Origin: an uncultured bacterium
Lineage (GTDB): Bacteria > Pseudomonadota > Gammaproteobacteria > Burkholderiales > Burkholderiaceae_F
Reading direction: 5' to 3'
DNA: 38,379 nucleotides
NCBI GenBank assembly: GCA_905215795.1
Contig: CAJMRV010000001.1
Span: 1 to 38,379 of the forward strand
Part shown: piece after piece, positions 29,446 through 38,379 of the stretch
Layout: the number at the start of each line of letters is the position of its first letter
Position numbering within the stretch: position 1 is the first letter of the stretch
The notes under the pieces: generated by a model
The model's database searches: none
Seen by the model: the letters and a program-made list of their open reading frames with translations, nothing else
What the model was told of the DNA's origin: nothing
Program-made: the position numbers and the translations under genes

Positions 29446-30816
29446 ATGAACAACCTCTGGCAAGACTGTCTCACACACATAAAAAAAGAACTCAAGCTGC
29501 CGCCGGCGATGTACACGACGTGGTTCGAGCCCATCGCCTTCGTGAGCTGGAACCCCGACACCCGCGTCATGACGCTCTCCGCGCCCTCGGCCAAGGTCGC
29601 GAGCCTCAAGAGGAGCTACCTCTCGGCGATCACCGACATCGCCCAGAAGGTGAGCGGCCTCTCCAACGTGGTGGTCGAGGTCGTTCCCGCAAGTGAGGAG
29701 CCCCAGCCCAACGCCAGGAAAAACGAACCCTACGCCCCGCAGCCCGTCTCCGACGATTACGAGCGCCGCCGCGAGGAGACCGGCCTGATTCCCGAACTCA
29801 CCTTCGAGAACTACGTCACCGGCAACGCCAACCAACTCGCCGTGGCCGCCGCCGAACACGTCGCCCAGACGATCGGCCAGCAGTACAACCCGCTCTACAT
29901 CTACGGCGGCGTGGGCCTCGGCAAGACCCACCTCATGCAGGCCATCGGCCACCGCTACCTCGACCTCCATCCGAAGGCGAAGGTGCGCTGCGTGACCGCC
30001 CAGGACTTCATCAGCGAGTTCACGACGGCCGCCCGCAACTCCTCGAACTCCCAGAAGGCCCTGACGGACTTCGACGAACGCTACAGGAGCCTCGACCTGC
30101 TGCTCATCGACGACGTGCAGTCGTTCTCGGGCACCAAGGGCTCCCAGACGCAGTTCTACCGCGCCTTCGAAGCGCTCGTCCCGCACAACAAGCAGCTCGT
30201 CATGACCGCTGACACGTACTCGCGCGGCCTCAAGGACATCGAGCCCCGCCTGATCTCCCGCATGAGCCAGGGCCTCTCGGTGGCGATCGAGCCCCCTGAA
30301 ATCGAAATGAGGATCGCGATCCTGCTCAACAAAGCCAAGGCCATGAACCTCGACCTCCCCGAAGAGGTGGCCATGTTCATCGCCAAGCGCCTCAAGAGCA
30401 ACGTGCGCGAACTCGAGGGCGCCCTCCAGCAGGTGATCGCCTACCTGCACTTCCAGCCCGAGAAGACGCCCATTTCGATCGACATGGTCAAGCACGTCCT
30501 CCGGGACATCCTCATGGTGAACAACTCCCAGATCACCATCGAGAACATCCAGAAAATCGTGGCCGACTACTACAACATCAAGGTCGCCGATATACACTCC
30601 AAACGCAGGCCCGCCAACATCGCGCTCCCCCGCCAGATCGCCATGTACCTGACGCGCCAGCTCACCCAACACTCACTGCCGGAAATCGGCGCGAACTTCG
30701 GCGGTCGCGACCACGCCACCGTCATGCACGCGGTTCGCAAAATCACTCAGGAACGACAGGCCAACGCCGAACTCAACCACGAGATCCACGTTCTCGAACA
30801 AATGATCAAGGGATAA
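29446..30816 (+). CDS. dnaA: Chromosomal replication initiator
   Basis: [45 protein letters not shown]. Confidence 0.99.
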   Translation: MNNLWQDCLTHIKKELKLPPAMYTTWFEPIAFVSWNPDTRVMTLSAPSAKVASLKRSYLSAITDIAQKVSGLSNVVVEVVPASEEPQPNARKNEPYAPQPVSDDYERRREETGLIPELTFENYVTGNANQLAVAAAEHVAQTIGQQYNPLYIYGGVGLGKTHLMQAIGHRYLDLHPKAKVRCVTAQDFISEFTTAARNSSNSQKALTDFDERYRSLDLLLIDDVQSFSGTKGSQTQFYRAFEALVPHNKQLVMTADTYSRGLKDIEPRLISRMSQGLSVAIEPPEIEMRIAILLNKAKAMNLDLPEEVAMFIAKRLKSNVRELEGALQQVIAYLHFQPEKTPISIDMVKHVLRDILMVNNSQITIENIQKIVADYYNIKVADIHSKRRPANIALPRQIAMYLTRQLTQHSLPEIGANFGGRDHATVMHAVRKITQERQANAELNHEIHVLEQMIKG

Positions 30817-30822
30817 CTCATC

Positions 30823-31938
30823 ATGTACAACATCCAAAAAACCGTCGAAGAAGTTTTAAAGCCCGTCAAAATCGTCGGGGGCATCGTTGAGAAGGGACAG
30901 ACGCTCCCGATCCTGAGCAACATCCTGATTGAACAGAACGGCGCGGACGTGAAGTTCTCCGCCACCGACCTCGACATCCAGATCTCCACCCACGCCGACG
31001 TTGGCGCGGGCGAGGGCAGCGAACGCTACACCGTCTCCGCCGCGAAGCTGCTGAGCACGCTGGGCGCCCTCAACGCCAAGGACACGATCACGTTCGAGAC
31101 GAACGGCGACCTGCTCACGCTCACCTCCAACAACTGGACCTCGAGCCTGAAGACGCTCCCCGCCTCGGACTACCCGATCCTTCGCGAAGGCAAGTGGCAC
31201 ACCGAGCTGACGCTCCCCGCCGGGGCGCTCCGCTACCTGCTCACGATGACGCACTTCGCCATGGCCGTCCAGGACATCCGCTACTTCCTCAAGGGCGTCC
31301 TGCTCGTCGTCGACCACAAGACGATCCGCGCCGTGGCCACCGACACGCACCGCCTGGCCTGCTGCGACCGCACGCTCGACGTCGACACCGGCGCGAGCAT
31401 CGAGGCGATCATCCCGCGCAAGACCGTGCGCGAACTGATCCGCATCCTGCCCGAGGACGAAACCCCGGTGCGCCTGCAGTTCTCCGACACGCAGATCTGC
31501 TTCACCTTCGACGGGATCACCTTCATGAGCAAGCTCGTCGAGGGCAAGTTCCCCGACTACCGCCGCGTGCTCCCGAGCCCCGAGACGAACCCGTACGTGA
31601 TCGAGATCAACCGCGAGTACCTGATCGACGCTCTGCGCCGCGTGAGCATCGTCACGAGCGAGAAGCTCAACAGCGTGCGCTGGATCCTCGAGAACAACAC
31701 CCTCAAGATCCAGAGCGTGAACTCCGACAACGAGGAATCCACCGACACCAGCTCGATCGCCTGGGACTACCCCGCGATCGACACCGGCTTCAACATCGCC
31801 TACCTCAACGACGTCCTCAACCTCCTCAAGAACAATGAAGTGAGGTTCGCGTTCGCCAACGCCGCCGGATCCGTGCTCATCACCATGCCCGAAGCCAACA
31901 GCCGCTTCCAGTACGTGGTGATGCCCATGAAGATCTGA
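30823..31938 (+). CDS. dnaN: DNA polymerase III beta clamp
   Basis: TLPILSN, ATDLDI, VATDTHRLA, GKFPDYRRV, YVVMPMKI. Confidence 0.98.
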   Translation: MYNIQKTVEEVLKPVKIVGGIVEKGQTLPILSNILIEQNGADVKFSATDLDIQISTHADVGAGEGSERYTVSAAKLLSTLGALNAKDTITFETNGDLLTLTSNNWTSSLKTLPASDYPILREGKWHTELTLPAGALRYLLTMTHFAMAVQDIRYFLKGVLLVVDHKTIRAVATDTHRLACCDRTLDVDTGASIEAIIPRKTVRELIRILPEDETPVRLQFSDTQICFTFDGITFMSKLVEGKFPDYRRVLPSPETNPYVIEINREYLIDALRRVSIVTSEKLNSVRWILENNTLKIQSVNSDNEESTDTSSIAWDYPAIDTGFNIAYLNDVLNLLKNNEVRFAFANAAGSVLITMPEANSRFQYVVMPMKI

Positions 31939-32041
31939 TCCGGACGAAGCCGGAACGAGGAGCGGCCCCGGCGCGGGAACACCCCCGGGGCCCTTCACGG
32001 ACGGTCCTGAAAGGACCGCCCCAGAAAACAAACAGGACTAG

Positions 32042-34582
<2,541 letters not shown>

Positions 34583-34646
34583 CCGCGCCCAGAATCCTTC
34601 CGCCCGACGGGCGGAAGGACAACCGGGCGGTCCAAAGGAGCAAGAA

Positions 34647-35591
34647 ATGCACAACCCCGACGCACTCATCATCGGCGTGACCTCCCGTGCCCTCTTCAAC
34701 CTCGAGGAGGAACACAAGATCTTCGTGGAGAAGGGCTTCAAGGCCTACCGCGACTATCAGGTCAGCCATGTCGACGAACACCTCGAACAGGGCGTCGCGT
34801 TCCCGTTCATCAGCCGCCTGCTGAACCTCAACAAGCATTTCGGCCGCGAAGTCGTCAAGGTCGCGGTCATCTCCAAGAACTCGCCTGAAACCGGGCAGCG
34901 CGTCTTCAATTCGTGCCGCCACTACGAGCTCCCCATCCAGATGGGGGCCTTCACCTCCGGACAGTCCACGATCGAGATGCTCGACGCGCTCGACATCGGC
35001 CTCTTTCTGAGCGCCAACCGCGAGACCGTCGACGAAGCGATCGCCCTCGGCAAGCCCGCCGGGCTCGTGCTTCAGCCCGAACACCAGCAGAGCGTCGAGG
35101 AACCCATCGAGACGCCCCTGCGGATCGCCTTCGACTTCGACGGCGTGATCGCCGACGACGAAAGCGAACGCCAGTACCAGAGCGCCGGCCTGGACGGGTT
35201 CAACCGCTACGAGACGGAGAAGGCCCACACGCCCCATTCCCCGGGGCCGCTCGCCAAGCTCTTCCAGCAGCTCTCCGACCTCCAGAAGCTCGAGCTCGAA
35301 CTGTTCGCCGACCAGAAGAGCAACAAGTACCGTCCCGCCTTCCGCATCGCGATCATCACCAGCCGCGGCGCCATGAGCGGCTTGCGCCTGATGACGACGC
35401 TCCGTGAGAACTACGGCATGACCGCCGTCGAGCTCTATCTCCTCGATGGGATCAGCAAGAAGCCGCTCCTCGAGAAGATCCGTCCGCACATCTTCTTCGA
35501 CGACCAGTACAACCACCTCAAGGAAACCTCCTCGAGCGTGCCGAGCGTCCTGATCCCCTTCGGCATCCACAAGAAACAGATCGACGCCTGA
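34647..35591 (+). CDS. 5'-nucleotidase (HAD superfamily, cN-I-like)
   Basis: IGVTSRALFNL, LFLSAN, LRIAFDFDGVIADDESE, GPLA, PHIFFDDQ. Confidence 0.9.
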   Translation: MHNPDALIIGVTSRALFNLEEEHKIFVEKGFKAYRDYQVSHVDEHLEQGVAFPFISRLLNLNKHFGREVVKVAVISKNSPETGQRVFNSCRHYELPIQMGAFTSGQSTIEMLDALDIGLFLSANRETVDEAIALGKPAGLVLQPEHQQSVEEPIETPLRIAFDFDGVIADDESERQYQSAGLDGFNRYETEKAHTPHSPGPLAKLFQQLSDLQKLELELFADQKSNKYRPAFRIAIITSRGAMSGLRLMTTLRENYGMTAVELYLLDGISKKPLLEKIRPHIFFDDQYNHLKETSSSVPSVLIPFGIHKKQIDA

Positions 35592-35610
35592 GAGCAGGCG
35601 GCCCTCCCAC

Positions 35611-37698
35611 GTGATGACTACTGAGCATCCCCACATCTTCGAACCCCTGCGCCTCGCCTCGCACGACCTCGTCAACCGCGTCGTGCTCGCGCCGATGAAG
35701 ACCGGCTTCGCCTCCGCGGGCCTCGATTCGGCCGAGCTGATCGGCTTTTACAAGGAACGCGCCGAAAACGAAAGCCTCGGGCTCGTGATCATCGGCAACA
35801 ACGCCATCGACGCGACCGCCAGGATCCATCCCCTCGACTCGAGCACCGACGAGAGCGAATGGACGCACGCCAGGGCGCTCACCAACGCGCTCCACGCGGA
35901 GAAGGCCAAGGTCGTCGCACAGCTCGTCCACAACGGCAACGACGTGCGCCATCCGGCGAACTTCTCCTCCTCGCGCACCTTCAACCCGGACACGGGCCGC
36001 ACCGGCCTGAGGACGCCGGGACTGCTCGCCTCGCACTTCATCAACACCTACGTCGCCCAGGCCTACCGGGCCGTCGAGGACGGCGGCTTCGACGGCGTGG
36101 AGATCTACGGCGGACACCGCTCGCTCCCCAACTGCTTCTCCTCGATGGCGATCAACAAGCGCGGCGACAAGTGGGGGCTCAAGAACGGATTCCACTTCCA
36201 CCTGAGGCTCATCCGCGAACTGAGGCGCCAGCTCGGCGACGAGCCGATCATCCTCTTCCGGCTCTCGCTCATGGAGCTCGTCCCCGACGGGAGCGACTGG
36301 GAGAGCGTGGTGAGGCTCGCACGGCTCCTCCACAAGCACGGCGTCGACGCCTTCACGTTCGAAATCGGACTCTCTGCAAACCAATGCCCCGTCAACGCGG
36401 ACCTGACGCCGCCCGGGGTCTGGTTCCCCTTCATGCGCATGCTCGCCGAAGAAGCGGAGGTGCCCGTCGTCTTCGGAAAGAAGCTCCCCGGCGTCGATGA
36501 GATCGACAGGACGCTCGCGGAAGTGCCGGGCTCGCTCTTTGAAATCGAACGCCCGCTCGTCGCCGATTCCGACTGGGTCTCCAAGGTCCGCTCGGGCGAC
36601 ACGGACTCGATCATCCCCTGCGTGGAGTGTCCGCAGCGCTGCCTCTCCTCCTACAAGGGGAACCGTCCGAGAATCCACTGCGTGGCCAACCCGCGCCTGA
36701 TCCGCTCGAACGTCGAGTCCGTCTCGGAAGCGAGCACGAAGCCCCTCGTGATCGTCGGGGGCGGTCCCGCCGGCATGGCCGCGGCCGCCACGGCGCGCCG
36801 CATAGGCCGTGAAGTGCACCTCGTCGACGAACGCGAGCAGCTCGGCGGGCTCTTCAGGCTCGCCGCCGCGATCCCCGGACGCGAACGCATCCCCGCGCTC
36901 CTCGACAAGCAGGCCGCCCTCCTGGAGGAGAGCGGCGTCGAGATCACGCTCAATCAGAAGGTGACCGCGGACTGGCTCCGTGAGAACCATCCCGTCGCGG
37001 ACATCCTGCTCTGCACCGGGACCACCTCGAAGATCCCCGACATCCCCGGCGTGGACAGCCCGAACGTCTACACGTTCGAGGACCTGCTCACCTCGAGCTG
37101 GACGAGGCGCCGCCACATCGCCGTGATCGGCAACTCCTCGCTCACGCTCGACCTCGCACGCTTCTTCTGTCCGAAGAAGAGCCACAACTGCGAGGAGTTC
37201 CTCAATGCCTGGGGCATCGGCGACCCGAGGGAGCACCAGGGCGGCGTCAAGGGCGTCATCCCCGAGCTCTTCACCTCCTACCGGTCGATGTACCTGATCC
37301 TCACCGCGCCGCTCTCACAGCTCGACGAGGCGCTCACCAACGCCAAGCGCCACTACGAGCTCGACTGGCTGCGCATGAACGGCGTGCGCGTCTTCTCGAA
37401 CGCCAGGATCGAACAGATCGACAACAGCCACATCAGGCTCGTCCAGGCCGGACTCGAGGAGGAGAGCAACGAATTCAAGAAGAACCACATCGTGATTCCC
37501 GACAGCTTCGAGATCCCCGACGAACTCGTCGTGGTCGTCGCTGAGAACCTGGAACCCCGCATGGAGCTCGCAGAGGCTCTCAGCGGGCTCCAAAGGTCGT
37601 TCGCCATGGCGGGCTCCATGAAGAAGGAGGAACGCCTCTGGGGGGCCAATCTGGCCGCCTACGACGGTCACATGATGGCCATCGAGCTTTCACGATGA
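35611..37698 (+). CDS. FadH (2,4-dienoyl-CoA reductase)-like flavin/Fe-S oxidoreductase, divergent
   Basis: OYE barrel (NRVVLAPM, GFDGVEI, NKRGDKWG), CX2CX3CX12C, VGGGPAG and a FadH-type FLNAWGI insert. Start GTG 35611 or ATG 35614. Confidence 0.85.
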   Translation: MMTTEHPHIFEPLRLASHDLVNRVVLAPMKTGFASAGLDSAELIGFYKERAENESLGLVIIGNNAIDATARIHPLDSSTDESEWTHARALTNALHAEKAKVVAQLVHNGNDVRHPANFSSSRTFNPDTGRTGLRTPGLLASHFINTYVAQAYRAVEDGGFDGVEIYGGHRSLPNCFSSMAINKRGDKWGLKNGFHFHLRLIRELRRQLGDEPIILFRLSLMELVPDGSDWESVVRLARLLHKHGVDAFTFEIGLSANQCPVNADLTPPGVWFPFMRMLAEEAEVPVVFGKKLPGVDEIDRTLAEVPGSLFEIERPLVADSDWVSKVRSGDTDSIIPCVECPQRCLSSYKGNRPRIHCVANPRLIRSNVESVSEASTKPLVIVGGGPAGMAAAATARRIGREVHLVDEREQLGGLFRLAAAIPGRERIPALLDKQAALLEESGVEITLNQKVTADWLRENHPVADILLCTGTTSKIPDIPGVDSPNVYTFEDLLTSSWTRRRHIAVIGNSSLTLDLARFFCPKKSHNCEEFLNAWGIGDPREHQGGVKGVIPELFTSYRSMYLILTAPLSQLDEALTNAKRHYELDWLRMNGVRVFSNARIEQIDNSHIRLVQAGLEEESNEFKKNHIVIPDSFEIPDELVVVVAENLEPRMELAEALSGLQRSFAMAGSMKKEERLWGANLAAYDGHMMAIELSR

Positions 37699-37719
37699 GC
37701 ATCCCGAGGGGATGCGGAC

Positions 37720-37751
37720 CCTCCGTCGGAAAGGACCACGGAGGTTTTTTT
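37720..37751 (+). terminator. Intrinsic terminator directly before the origin candidate
   Basis: CCTCCGT...ACGGAGG stem followed by a T run. Confidence 0.75.
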
Positions 37752-37767
37752 CCCGCCTTCAAAAGAG

Positions 37768-38148
37768 TTACGCACAGATTACCAACAAGTTACCCACAGG
37801 GTTTTCAACAGGGTTGTGTGGAGACTCAGAAGGTCTTCATGAACACTTTTTCAGGAAATCCTTCAAAAAGGGTAAAATTAATCCCCAGAGGCCTTACTAT
37901 ATTCTGACGTTTTATATGTAAGAGTAGTAGTAGGTAGTAGTAGTCAGAGAGACATCCTGTGGATAAAGGACCGGATGCATACTCCCGCAAGAGAACGGGG
38001 TTGTGCATAAGCACGTGGATAAGTCGCCGTGAGCCCTGTGGACAACTTGTGGACCCGTGTGGACAACTTTTCGTCCGTCAGGGTCAACAAAAAAGTTATC
38101 CACAATACGCAAAAGTTTCACTCCGAGTTATCCACAAAACCATCCACA
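37768..38148. other. Probable chromosomal replication origin (oriC)
   Basis: DnaA-box-like 9-mers start at 37768, 37779, 37790, 37802, 37958, 38002, 38014, 38037, 38048, 38058, 38096, 38128 and 38140 (exact TTATCCACA/TGTGGATAA at 37958, 38096, 38128). TAG repeats at 37925-37943 and an AT-rich tract at about 37845-37922. Confidence 0.88.
37925..37943 (+). repeat. DnaA-trio-like repeat (TAG)3-G-(TAG)3
   Basis: TAGTAGTAGGTAGTAGTAG, 14 bp from a consensus DnaA box and next to the AT-rich tract. Confidence 0.8.
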
Positions 38149-38174
38149 GAACTTGAAACATTTTTGTTTAAGAT

Positions 38175-38379
38175 ATGGACCACATTCTTCCCTGGTTCAG
38201 TCCCCGCCTGTCCCAATCCATGGTCGGGGTGCTGAGCGCACTGGGCCACACCGTCACGAGGAGCAGGGGGACGACCATCTACAGTTCCCCGGGACTTTTC
38301 GACAAGCTCATGTATGTGAAGAGCGGCTTCGTCGCCAAGGCGCTGCTCGACCCGATACGCGAGGAGCCCCTTCTTCTTT
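38175..38379 (+). CDS. Probable Crp/Fnr-family (cNMP-binding-like) protein, truncated by the window end
   Basis: Hand translation MDHILPWFSPRLSQSMVGVLSALGHTVTRSRGTTIYSSPGLFDKLMYVKSGFVAKALLDPIREEPLLL; RGTTIY...LMYVKSG resembles the start of the cNMP beta-roll. Confidence 0.65.
   Translation, partial: MDHILPWFSPRLSQSMVGVLSALGHTVTRSRGTTIYSSPGLFDKLMYVKSGFVAKALLDPIREEPLLL

Noticed and set aside
37768..38148. CRISPR array or plasmid iterons
   Set aside because: Repeats are 9-mers matching the DnaA box, with no constant repeat-spacer period and no cas or rep gene.

Overview
GC-rich chromosomal core of a betaproteobacterium, probably Sutterellaceae-like (inferred from gene order and protein style only). 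Minus strand, 1-28.9 kb: partial hypothetical gene, glmS, glmU, Na+:solute symporter, Tim44-domain protein, ubiE/menG, tRNA-Arg(CCG), priA, hemE, a universal stress protein, the full atpIBEFHAGDC operon, parB, parA, marC, rsmG, mnmG, mnmE, yidC, yidD, rnpA and rpmH, with one small plus-strand membrane gene between mnmE and yidC. Plus strand, from 29.4 kb: dnaA, dnaN, gyrB (no recF), a 5'-nucleotidase, a FadH-like flavoenzyme and the start of a probable Crp/Fnr-family gene. No mobile element, CRISPR array or defence island is visible. The most notable signal is non-coding: a probable oriC at about 37.77-38.15 kb (about a dozen DnaA-box-like 9-mers, partly helically phased, flanking a DnaA-trio run and an AT-rich tract), about 7 kb downstream of dnaA. 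Smaller DnaA-box groups lie upstream of dnaA and of priA. Other leads are the FadH homologue that appears to lack its catalytic dyad and NADPH motif, an RnpA with an altered RNR motif, and a 13-bp inverted repeat shared by the rpmH and dnaA upstream regions. All calls were made by eye without database searches, and I cannot show that any of them is a previously undescribed system.
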